DNA of 64,000 nucleotides from positions 16,438 through 80,437 of the forward strand of contig JAHIPV010000017.1 in NCBI GenBank assembly GCA_018902845.1, in the 5' to 3' direction. Below, one piece after another: positions 17,004-25,300 of the stretch. The number at the start of each line of letters is the position of its first letter. The stretch's first letter is position 1. Below the pieces are notes generated by a model, which saw only the letters and a program-made list of their open reading frames with translations, searched no databases and was not told the origin of the DNA. The translations under genes were made by a program, and so were the position numbers. The DNA is from Patescibacteria group bacterium. GTDB taxonomy: Bacteria > Patescibacteriota > Microgenomatia > UBA12405.

Positions 17004-17495
17004 ATGAAAAACACCGTTGCATATCACGAAGCGGGGCATGCTGTTGTCGAGTTTTTTCTTTTTGGAAAAGTAAAAAAGGTAAGCATAATACCAGGCAAGG
17101 AATTTCAAGGTCAAACAACTTCGTATTCGGTAAAAAACCTTGACCCTGATATCGACTTTTCACCCAGAACAAAAGATAATTTAGAGAAAATAATTGTCAT
17201 TTTTTATGCCGGGAATGAAGCCACAAAAAGGTTCAAGGGCCGATACGACTATATTGGATCACAATCTGACTATAAAAAAATTGGTAATATCTCTATCTAT
17301 CTTACAACTGGAGGCAAAGCTGAAGGTTATTTCCTGAAATACCTTAGAGAACGAGCAAAAGACTTGGTTAAACATCACTGGAGTTCCGTAGTCGCTCTTG
17401 CAGAACAGCTAATGGTGAAAAAAACAATGGAAACAAAAGAAATAGAAGATGCTATTAGATGTTCTTGGAAAGGAGGTAAACAAAATGACACATAA
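17004..17495 (+). CDS. Stand-alone FtsH-like (peptidase M41) zinc-metalloprotease domain protein without an AAA+ ATPase module
   Basis: 'TVAYHEAGHAVVEFFL...VKKVSIIPG' aligns to the FtsH 'TAYHEAGHAIVG...VHKVTIIPRG'. About 60 aa later, 'FYAGNEATKRFKG' parallels the FtsH 'GGRAAEE' third-zinc-ligand region. Only 163 aa. Confidence 0.6.
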   Translation: MKNTVAYHEAGHAVVEFFLFGKVKKVSIIPGKEFQGQTTSYSVKNLDPDIDFSPRTKDNLEKIIVIFYAGNEATKRFKGRYDYIGSQSDYKKIGNISIYLTTGGKAEGYFLKYLRERAKDLVKHHWSSVVALAEQLMVKKTMETKEIEDAIRCSWKGGKQNDT

Positions 17496-17828
17496 ACCTA
17501 TTTCAGCAAAGCAAAATCTAACAAATATTTTAGAGGCCTATGCTTTTTGTACATTACTTGCATCTATTGGGTTATATCCTTATATCCTGATAATTTCGAG
17601 ATTTTGACAACAAACAAATCGCTATCTAGGAAAATTATTGTGGCGGGTTTTTGGTGGTTTACTTGATAGGATTAAATATGGAACTAGCATTTATTCTCAT
17701 TCTCACCGGTGTGTTTTGTGTAGGCTTTTGGTTTGGTAGAAAAAGCAAATAATATTTAACTTAAGGTGGGACCATGGATTTGTACTACAGGAAAAAAGGT
17801 TCAAAGCTTTTGGGACGATTTTCAAACT

Positions 17829-19310
17829 TTATTTTTCAACAGATGAAATATTGGTTATCCAAAGGTCGTTTGAGTATATGTAGATTTTCTCCTTAAACCC
17901 TTCAAACTCTTTTACCAAACTAGACTTGTTGATTAAACTTTCTAAAGCCTGAGATTTTGGCAACTTCTGAGTACTTGATAAATAAACCACTACAAAAGAT
18001 GGCTTAATCTTTTCAATTTCTTCTTTTGAATTGTGAAGATCAAATTTATAATATGTTTGTTTTATTCCAACCCCAATACTTTCTTCCGTTAAAATAACGG
18101 CATCTTCAGGAACTAAACTATTTATATATTCATACGTTGCCAGTAAAGCATTGTCATTACGAATAAAAAACCTTTTGTACCAAGTAAAACTGTTAATTAG
18201 TAAGATTATGCCCAAAAATACATGAAGTCGCAATCGATTTTTCTTAGAATTTATCCAAGCAGAAAGGGCTACTGTTAAATATAGATACAAGGGTGTTAAT
18301 AGCATTATTAAGTATTGAGGTGCTCTAAGTGAAATTCCAGCATAAAATAATAATGTAGCCAATGACCAGCTTAATAACAGGGGTTGTTTGGGCTTGACTT
18401 TACCGACAATATGCTTAACCAAGTCTCTAACGACGACAAGTGTTCCTATTAACAAAGTTAATATTGTTGAAATATAAATCCAATATGTGTTAACCATGGC
18501 TTTTATTGCATCGGAAAAAGAATACTGTACCCCACGGGCACCAAATATTCCAAATGCCCTTTTGATTTGAACCATGTTTTGATCCAGATATATTTGACCC
18601 CAATTTAAATACATGACCAAAACATAAGTAACAATTGTCAACAGTCCAAACAGATATAAAGATATATGCTTTTTTGGATCTCGTTTTGTGAATATTAAAT
18701 TTAATAGAGGTACACCAAAATAATAGATCCCTGTATGTTTGTAAATTACCGTTATCGCTAACATAACACCCGACAAGATATACCAAATATTCTTTTTCTG
18801 AGATATTGCGTATGAGTAAAGAAACAACGAGATAATTCCAAGAAGTATCATCATGTTTTCCATCAAATTAAGACGATTGGTATAAATTAACCAGCCGTCA
18901 GAAGCCATTAGCAAGATTGAAATAATAGATACTTTTTTATTAGCTAGTTTTTTAAAAAAATAGTAGGTGAATAACAGTGCAATTGAGGATGCCCCGGCAG
19001 ATACAATTCTCGCACTAGTTACACCTTCAAAGCCCGTGTATTGAAATACTAGACTTTTTAATTTTGAATCAAACGGAGGATGATATAAATAAGGTCCATA
19101 GCCTTTTTTACCTTCTAATTTAATAGCGGGATAATTGTAATCAATATAGTTTGAAGATATTGAGGAATAGACAGGTTCGTCCCATTCATAACCTGGTTTT
19201 GAATCAATCTTGTACAATCTCAACATTAAGGAGATAACAACCACAAGATTTACCATCACCAGTTCAGATAGAAAATTATTATTTTTTAATAACGTTGTTA
19301 GTTTTTTCAT
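17829..19310 (-). CDS. GT-C-fold integral-membrane glycosyltransferase (PMT/ArnT-like, GT39/GT83-type)
   Basis: Eleven or more predicted TM helices. The first extracytoplasmic loop carries the acidic 'YEWDEPVY' motif. Adjacent to a GT2 gene. Confidence 0.55.
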   Translation of the reverse strand: MKKLTTLLKNNNFLSELVMVNLVVVISLMLRLYKIDSKPGYEWDEPVYSSISSNYIDYNYPAIKLEGKKGYGPYLYHPPFDSKLKSLVFQYTGFEGVTSARIVSAGASSIALLFTYYFFKKLANKKVSIISILLMASDGWLIYTNRLNLMENMMILLGIISLFLYSYAISQKKNIWYILSGVMLAITVIYKHTGIYYFGVPLLNLIFTKRDPKKHISLYLFGLLTIVTYVLVMYLNWGQIYLDQNMVQIKRAFGIFGARGVQYSFSDAIKAMVNTYWIYISTILTLLIGTLVVVRDLVKHIVGKVKPKQPLLLSWSLATLLFYAGISLRAPQYLIMLLTPLYLYLTVALSAWINSKKNRLRLHVFLGIILLINSFTWYKRFFIRNDNALLATYEYINSLVPEDAVILTEESIGVGIKQTYYKFDLHNSKEEIEKIKPSFVVVYLSSTQKLPKSQALESLINKSSLVKEFEGFKEKIYIYSNDLWITNISSVEK

Positions 19311-19314
19311 TGTT

Positions 19315-20388
19315 TTAATGTAGTTGAAAATAACGAAGTACTTGATCTGTTTTGTTTTTATTCATAAAATATCGCCATTTAAAAAAATGTATCGAAAAGT
19401 CATAGATCAAAGCACAAGTGATTGGTGGCAAAAAAAATGTGTAAAAGTCTTTTTCAATAAAAACATTTACCAACCCCGCGACAATCAGTCCAAACAAAAC
19501 AAAAGCTGGTATTGTTACAAACCCAATAAGTCCTTTGGTGAAAACGGTAAAAACAGATAGTAGCAAAATAAACAGACTTAACACCAATACTGCATGTACT
19601 TGGAAGTTTCTCCTTTTGGCAAATGGACAATCAGGATAATATTTAAGCATTAAAGCGGCACTCTGGCCACTACGCGATATTTGTCTGAAATACTGTTTCC
19701 ACCTTATTCGATGTTTGTGATATGAAACTACTTGATTAGTTACTAATATTTCAAAACCATTTTTAACTAACAACCATGAAATGACATAATCATCGTAAGT
19801 ACTGGCTTCTTTTGAAAAATTAAGCCCAAAATCCTTTTTTATTGAATTAAAAGCTTTTTTCGACAATAACAATGCGGTTGTTACTGGTAAACTTTCGGTA
19901 TTCCCAAAATTATTAATGTTTAATTTACCAAAAAAAGGAAAATCAGGATTGTTTTTGATTAAAGCCTTGTCTTGTAATTTTGAAATTAAGAGTCCCGAAT
20001 CTTCTTGCCAAGAAACCGCTGTTCCTGCTACAACTTCAACTTTGTATTGTTTTGAAAGTTTAATAGCAAGTTTAAGTGCGTCTTTTTTAAGTGTTGCTTT
20101 AGAATCAGTGAAAAATATATACCGACCTTTAGCTCTATTTGCTCCTACCCATCTTTTTAAATGAGCGTCTCTTGTGTAGCTTTTTCCTGGTTTAATCTCG
20201 ATATATTTAACTGTCCTGTTTTTTATGTAATCCCTTATTGCTGATCGAGTAGAATCGTTAGAAGATGCCACAATGATAATTTCAAATGGTCGACAAGACT
20301 GAGCCAACAAGGACTTGACCGTCTCCCTTACAGTAGCCTCTGATTCTCTGGCGGGAATGATAACAGAAATTTTATTATAAGTAGTCAT
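19315..20388 (-). CDS. GT2-family glycosyltransferase with a C-terminal membrane domain
   Basis: 'ISVIIPARESEATVRETVKSL' Rossmann start, 'IVASSNDSTRS', C-terminal TM helices. Confidence 0.7.
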   Translation of the reverse strand: MTTYNKISVIIPARESEATVRETVKSLLAQSCRPFEIIIVASSNDSTRSAIRDYIKNRTVKYIEIKPGKSYTRDAHLKRWVGANRAKGRYIFFTDSKATLKKDALKLAIKLSKQYKVEVVAGTAVSWQEDSGLLISKLQDKALIKNNPDFPFFGKLNINNFGNTESLPVTTALLLSKKAFNSIKKDFGLNFSKEASTYDDYVISWLLVKNGFEILVTNQVVSYHKHRIRWKQYFRQISRSGQSAALMLKYYPDCPFAKRRNFQVHAVLVLSLFILLLSVFTVFTKGLIGFVTIPAFVLFGLIVAGLVNVFIEKDFYTFFLPPITCALIYDFSIHFFKWRYFMNKNKTDQVLRYFQLH

Positions 20389-20523
20389 GTACTAAAAAGT
20401 TTTGCAACAAAATATAGCAAACTTGAGCATTATACATCTTATAACAGAAATTTACAACACATTACGGGTTTAAGTGTAAAAAGGGAGTGGATAAGAAATT
20501 CTATATATAAACTTTAGATTCTC

Positions 20524-20880
20524 TTAGCTATTAACAGTCAATTCAATTTTGTCTATCCTTTTCTCCAACACTGAAACCTCGAAAGACTTAAGAACCATAC
20601 CTGTTAGAAAACCAATCGTATTGGCTACTCTACAATCTAATCTTCCATCTCTCACCTCATTTATCGTATCAACCAACAATTTGGTTACATCTTCCACTTT
20701 CTCTATTTTTATTTGTGGTAGGGGAGAAGACACCACCACTCTTCGATTCTGACCACCTTTAACTTGAACACTCCGTTTTTCATTAGCAGTTATGTCTGGA
20801 TTGTGAAAATAACAATAATCACTATCTTTCATGGCATTAGCCTGACATCGTTTTCCTTTAATATTTTTTTTACATTTCAT
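20524..20880 (-). CDS. Hypothetical protein with an N-terminal Cys/His cluster
   Basis: 'CKKNIKGKRCQANAMKDSDYCYFHNP' is a possible zinc ribbon. No other similarity recognised. Confidence 0.3.
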   Translation of the reverse strand: MKCKKNIKGKRCQANAMKDSDYCYFHNPDITANEKRSVQVKGGQNRRVVVSSPLPQIKIEKVEDVTKLLVDTINEVRDGRLDCRVANTIGFLTGMVLKSFEVSVLEKRIDKIELTVNS

Positions 20881-20941
20881 AAGCTACTTATGGGGGTACT
20901 CATTATAATTTACAACAGAATCAGCATCACATTCATCCAGA

Positions 20942-21145
20942 CTACCCATACCACTTCAAAAGTGGCAGAATAACAAGGCCGTGCTTACTTATAACCTCAT
21001 CCACTTTGCGCTCCACCCCTTCTTTGTCTTTGTAATAATTAACCCCACCTCGCTTGTAAGCAATAATTACAGTATCTCTTAAATCGTTCGTTTGGGACAT
21101 TATCACTTTTTCTAATTTATTAATCCTTACCGCTAAACTTGTCAT
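20942..21145 (-). CDS. Hypothetical small protein
   Basis: ORF only. Its stop overlaps the upstream gene's start. Confidence 0.25.
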   Translation of the reverse strand: MTSLAVRINKLEKVIMSQTNDLRDTVIIAYKRGGVNYYKDKEGVERKVDEVISKHGLVILPLLKWYG

Positions 21146-22170
21146 TTCTTTTCTTTTGAATTAAATAATTGTTGGGCAAACTTTGTATTCACCTCTTCCT
21201 TTGTTTCTGTTCTAGACTGTGGTGTTATTTCTTTAAACAAAACTCTGTTTTCTAAAAATTCCATTCTCACATCTTCCGAAGGTGACTGATCCCTAAAATT
21301 ATCTAAAATTAGTTGAGTTTTAACCTTGATGTTTTGACTGCTCTTGTAATTTTGATACGGTCGCCAAACTATCAGTGTTCCAGAAAGTTGAGACTTCGCT
21401 TGACCACCTCCATAAATATCTTGTGCGGTGGGCTTTCTTATAACTCGGATTGAATCATCAAAAATCTTGTCCGGCTCGTTTTCTTTCACATATTCCTGAA
21501 CCATTTTAGGTAGCTCGCTAATAACCACTGTTTCTTTAACGTGATTTAAAATAAAAGAAATTATCGGCCTGTGTTTTGTAAAATTCACAATTTGAGTGAT
21601 ACATGACATTAATTTTCTCCAATCGCTCGCTTCATTTTGTGAGATATAGGTGGTTAAATTGTCATAGATTAAAACATTCACCATTTTCTCATCTGCTAAG
21701 ATTTTTGATATTTGCATAGCTTTGTCGAAATCCACCAAATTCTCTTTCATTAGTTTCTCGGCTGAAACTCTAAAGAGTTTATCCTTTGTTTGTTTCGCAA
21801 AATCTTGTCTCATTTTGATATTTTCCTCGGCTTCGCTAACGGACAATCCAAACCACAAGGCCGTCATTCTGGAAGAAAATTGAAACGTGTTTAACTCTGT
21901 ATCTATAAAAGCAACTTTCTTGCCTTTTCCAATCATGTTTATTGCGATCTTCATCATTAGAGAAGATTTGCCTGACTTTTGAATTCCGGCTACCATGTAA
22001 CAACCACCGGTTCGAAATCCTTTGAGTTGTAAATCAAGATTTGTAAATCCACTCATTATTCTTGGTGGGTTTAACTCCTCTTGCTCCAGTTCGAGAATTG
22101 AATCTAATAAATCTTTTTGAGGCTTTAGCTTCTCGACTGCACTTCTTGCCTCATTGTTTGAATCGAACAT
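21142..22170 (-). CDS. DnaB-like replicative helicase (RecA-fold C-terminal domain) with a short N-terminal domain
   Basis: 'GFTNLDLQLKGFRTGGCYMVAGIQKSGKSSLMMKIAINM...VAFIDTEL' matches the DnaB C-terminal Walker A and H1a region. Start coupled (ATGA overlap) to the upstream CHC2 protein. Confidence 0.5.
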   Translation of the reverse strand: MFDSNNEARSAVEKLKPQKDLLDSILELEQEELNPPRIMSGFTNLDLQLKGFRTGGCYMVAGIQKSGKSSLMMKIAINMIGKGKKVAFIDTELNTFQFSSRMTALWFGLSVSEAEENIKMRQDFAKQTKDKLFRVSAEKLMKENLVDFDKAMQISKILADEKMVNVLIYDNLTTYISQNEASDWRKLMSCITQIVNFTKHRPIISFILNHVKETVVISELPKMVQEYVKENEPDKIFDDSIRVIRKPTAQDIYGGGQAKSQLSGTLIVWRPYQNYKSSQNIKVKTQLILDNFRDQSPSEDVRMEFLENRVLFKEITPQSRTETKEEVNTKFAQQLFNSKEKK

Positions 22171-22799
22171 TATTTTGCTCCTAGTAAAAATTTAACAGCT
22201 TGAGGAAACGGCATTTTATCCCTAAGCATAAGAAAATCTATTGAATCACCATGTTGACCACAACCAAAGCAATGAAAATGATTATCTTGAAAGACCGTAA
22301 AGGACGGGGACTTTTCATCATGGAACGGACAACAAAAGACCAAATTGCCACCCATGCGCCTAGGGTTCTCGTTTATTAAATTTTCTATCCTCGATTCTCT
22401 CGCAATCTCTATGTCGGTTTCCGTTAAGTTGTCACAACGCCGTGACATTTGTTCCTGATACAAAGCTCGTCTATACCAACCTATTTTCTTTTTTAGTTCG
22501 ATTAGCCTCTTTCCTGGTGCATGGATTATGTATTCGTCATAAATCAACCTCCATATTTTGTCACTAACACAATTTTCTAAGACTTCATAACACGATTTGA
22601 TTCGAGCCTCTACATTCTCTTTTTCCAATTCGGCCTCGAGCAATAATTCGTTAACTCTTTTTTCCATCTCCGGAAAAGCTAACATCCATTCGTGAGGAGA
22701 TTGTGCCAAGTCTTGCAGAATCTTTTCTCTCCACCCTCTCCCTAATTCATCAATGTAGCCTAGATGTTCCGTCATTTGAGTCCTCCTAACAAATGCCAC
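22170..22799 (-). CDS. CHC2 (DnaG-type) zinc-finger protein without a recognisable TOPRIM domain
   Basis: C-terminal 'CCPFHDEKSPSFTVFQDNHFHCFGCGQHGDSIDFLM' is a textbook primase zinc ribbon. The N-terminal 150 aa are unrecognised. Confidence 0.5.
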   Translation of the reverse strand: MAFVRRTQMTEHLGYIDELGRGWREKILQDLAQSPHEWMLAFPEMEKRVNELLLEAELEKENVEARIKSCYEVLENCVSDKIWRLIYDEYIIHAPGKRLIELKKKIGWYRRALYQEQMSRRCDNLTETDIEIARESRIENLINENPRRMGGNLVFCCPFHDEKSPSFTVFQDNHFHCFGCGQHGDSIDFLMLRDKMPFPQAVKFLLGAK

Positions 22800-23269
22800 A
22801 TCTTATCTTCTGAAATAATTTTAGACTTGAGGAGTGTTTTTTCTTCAAAAGCTGTTTTTAATTCCGTTGTCTTTATTGGTTTTAATGTATTGTCGGTAAC
22901 TCGTCCACACTTCGTACCTACTTCCGCACTTCTCACTTCCGCACTTCGGGAGTTAAGTGCATAGGAGTTCCGCACTTTAGGTGGTTGAGAAAGTAAAGGT
23001 GCATAGGAGTTCCGCACTTCGTAAATATTTACCATACCACCCTGTATAGTCTTTTCTCCAACTTTCTCAAATAACCCTGTTCTCTTAATAGCTGATACCA
23101 CTGTCTTGTCTGATACATGCGCCATCTTGGCAATTGTCCTGTGTGAGGCATAACACTGACCTAAACCATTATCTGAAAATGAAAACATAGCAAGCAAAAC
23201 AGCTATATCCTCTACCCTGCCGGTAAGAGTTAGTAGTCTGGGGTCAATTCGAATGATAAAACTATTCAT
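22772..23269 (-). CDS. Winged-HTH replication-initiator/replisome-organiser-like protein
   Basis: 'CYASHRTIAKMAHVSDKTVVSAIKRTGLFEKV' is HTH-like. Its 3' coding region contains the iteron-like repeats. Confidence 0.4.
   Translation of the reverse strand: MNSFIIRIDPRLLTLTGRVEDIAVLLAMFSFSDNGLGQCYASHRTIAKMAHVSDKTVVSAIKRTGLFEKVGEKTIQGGMVNIYEVRNSYAPLLSQPPKVRNSYALNSRSAEVRSAEVGTKCGRVTDNTLKPIKTTELKTAFEEKTLLKSKIISEDKMWHLLGGLK
22921..23019. repeat. Iteron-like direct repeats: TTCCGCACTT four times, including a 20-bp copy twice (GCATAGGAGTTCCGCACTT)
   Basis: Read directly: CTTCCGCACTTC at 22921, CTTCCGCACTTCG at 22936, GCATAGGAGTTCCGCACTTT at 22958, GCATAGGAGTTCCGCACTTCG at 22999. Confidence 0.6.
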
Positions 23270-23890
23270 TTTACATTTCTAATGACCCAGCGCTAGGTCA
23301 CCTGATAAATGCGACTTTTTAACTCGTTAATGGTCTCAATCAAGTCCCTTGCCTCTGGTCGGACACCATCACGATCCCAATATCGCTTCAATAATTCTTC
23401 TGCCGTTCCCTTATCGTCCTGAAATACAAAATTGACAAACTTGGCATTTTGTTTCTCAAGCCGAAGTAACGAAAATTTCATTACCTTTAAAACTACCGCA
23501 CTGTAAAAATCGTTCGTTATATATTCCATTTTCTTTTTTAATTAATAAATCTTTGTCATCAAGTAAATCACCAAAATACAGGCAAATTCTTTTGATAACA
23601 CTTTTCTTTAAAACCGGTGAAAGATTGGTAGTTATTATCATTTCTTTCTGTCTTTCGGCCAAAATCTTGTAAGGTGATCCCAATATTTTTTAGACACTAA
23701 AATATCTCTCACCGAAGCAGGAACTTGAGAATCCAAGGTTAATTCTTCATCGGCACGCAAAAAAAGACCGGATTGTGTTAGTAATAGGTGAGCAATATCT
23801 TGAGTAAGGTTATTTGAAATTCTTCCTTTTATCATTAGATATAGTCTAAAGATGCGAGAAAGGTTAGTTAAACAGGAAATGCGTGGTTAG

Positions 23891-25006
23891 CTAATCATCA
23901 CGACGAGTCTGTTTTTCCTTGGAATGAAGGACGATAAATAAACAATGTTTGTAGTTCTTTCTCAGTCCGTATTTCTTAATACTCACATCGTATAACTCGA
24001 AGTTCGATCTTAATCTCCTACTTAATGATCCCAGGGTGGAACAGATCTGCCTTGAATCGATCCCTGTTTTTGCAAACAACTCTTTTTCCGAGATTCCTTC
24101 TTTTCCCGACTGGATAAGCATTTTAATAACTTCTTCCCTGTCAGTATTTTCGCCTTCGGCAAGTTGTTTACTTGACGACTTTTCAGGATAAAACGATAAA
24201 TTTTCTTCTCCGATGGTTAAGTTGTGATTTTTCATTTCTAGCTTGCGAGGCCAACAGGCAAGTTCGTATGCAGGTATTTTTGCGTATTCACAGGGAATTG
24301 TTTCTTTAACTTTTTGAGAGGAACGATAGTCAAATAAGTAGTCTGCGATTTTGTTTAGATAAATTAAACATTCCTGCTTCTTAAACACTTTTGCCCACCG
24401 TGTGAGACTAAGCAAGTGGTTTTCTCCTTTGCACATTGATACTATTTGGTTCACCATTCCCATAGCACCCCATACAGAATCATTGTGTTGTCTTTTTGTT
24501 TCTTCCTTATCATCAAGTAATTTAAGATAGTAATCATGAAGTTTTCCTGAAACTTGAGGTATTCTCTCCTGTATTCTTTGTATGTAATATGGAGCAACAA
24601 TTTTTTTATACTTTGTAAGAGCCAGTTCTTCGATAAAATGGATGAGGGCGTAATACAAATCCAACACATAAGACACTTTCTCCCTATCCATCCTTTTAAG
24701 TTGGTTTAGATGTTTTGCTGTTGTAGGAGATAGGTCTTTTGAAAGAATTTTGTGTTTTTTTATATCTGCCCAAACCCTCATACACTCATTAAACAAACTT
24801 GAAAGAGATTTTCTTTGCTCATCTTCGGCTTGATCTCTAAGAACTTCTAAGTTTAAAAGTTGAATATCAAATTCCTTTCCGTTCTGAATCCATTCCCCAA
24901 GTCGCCCAACTTCCTTTAAAAAAAGAAAAGAATCATCTACTGGAAGAAGATTCTTTATCCTAACACGTAGTTCTTTTACTAGTAAGTTTGATCTGTTCTT
25001 ATCCAT
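23891..25006 (-). CDS. Hypothetical protein (371 aa) in the replication/integration module
   Basis: Long ORF. No recognised motif. Possible wHTH near the C-terminus ('ELFAKTGIDSRQICSTLGSL'). Confidence 0.3.
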   Translation of the reverse strand: MDKNRSNLLVKELRVRIKNLLPVDDSFLFLKEVGRLGEWIQNGKEFDIQLLNLEVLRDQAEDEQRKSLSSLFNECMRVWADIKKHKILSKDLSPTTAKHLNQLKRMDREKVSYVLDLYYALIHFIEELALTKYKKIVAPYYIQRIQERIPQVSGKLHDYYLKLLDDKEETKRQHNDSVWGAMGMVNQIVSMCKGENHLLSLTRWAKVFKKQECLIYLNKIADYLFDYRSSQKVKETIPCEYAKIPAYELACWPRKLEMKNHNLTIGEENLSFYPEKSSSKQLAEGENTDREEVIKMLIQSGKEGISEKELFAKTGIDSRQICSTLGSLSRRLRSNFELYDVSIKKYGLRKNYKHCLFIVLHSKEKQTRRDD

Positions 25007-25045
25007 CTTCCATTTTATATTTTATATGCTAACCTATACTAACAT

Positions 25046-25291
25046 ATGCAAAACTCAAATAAAATAACATTCTCTAACCCAACCTTCACTCCAACCTCTC
25101 CAAGAACGTGGCCACCCTTATTAACACTCACTCAAGCTTCTCTAATACTCAATATAAGTGAACACACTATCAGAAGATGGGTTAATAAAGAAAAGAGGCT
25201 AGAAGCCACCAGGGTAAGCACAAGAGGAGATATGAGATTCAAAAAAGAGGACATTCTAAAAATAATCCAAGAAGGCATTAAAAAAATATGA
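25046..25291 (+). CDS. Excisionase-family (MerR/HTH_17-like) DNA-binding protein, candidate recombination directionality factor (RDF)
   Basis: 'ASLILNISEHTIRRWVNKEKRLEATRVSTRGDMRFKKEDI' resembles Xis/HTH_17. Sits directly upstream of the recombinase. Confidence 0.5.
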   Translation: MQNSNKITFSNPTFTPTSPRTWPPLLTLTQASLILNISEHTIRRWVNKEKRLEATRVSTRGDMRFKKEDILKIIQEGIKKI

Positions 25292-25300
25292 AAATGAAAA

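Noticed and set aside
25007-25045. Possible att core 'TATGCTAACCTATACTAACATATGC' between the divergent hypothetical gene and the excisionase gene
   Set aside because: Contains a CTAAC direct repeat but no convincing dyad symmetry or second copy elsewhere in the window. Insufficient to call an att site.
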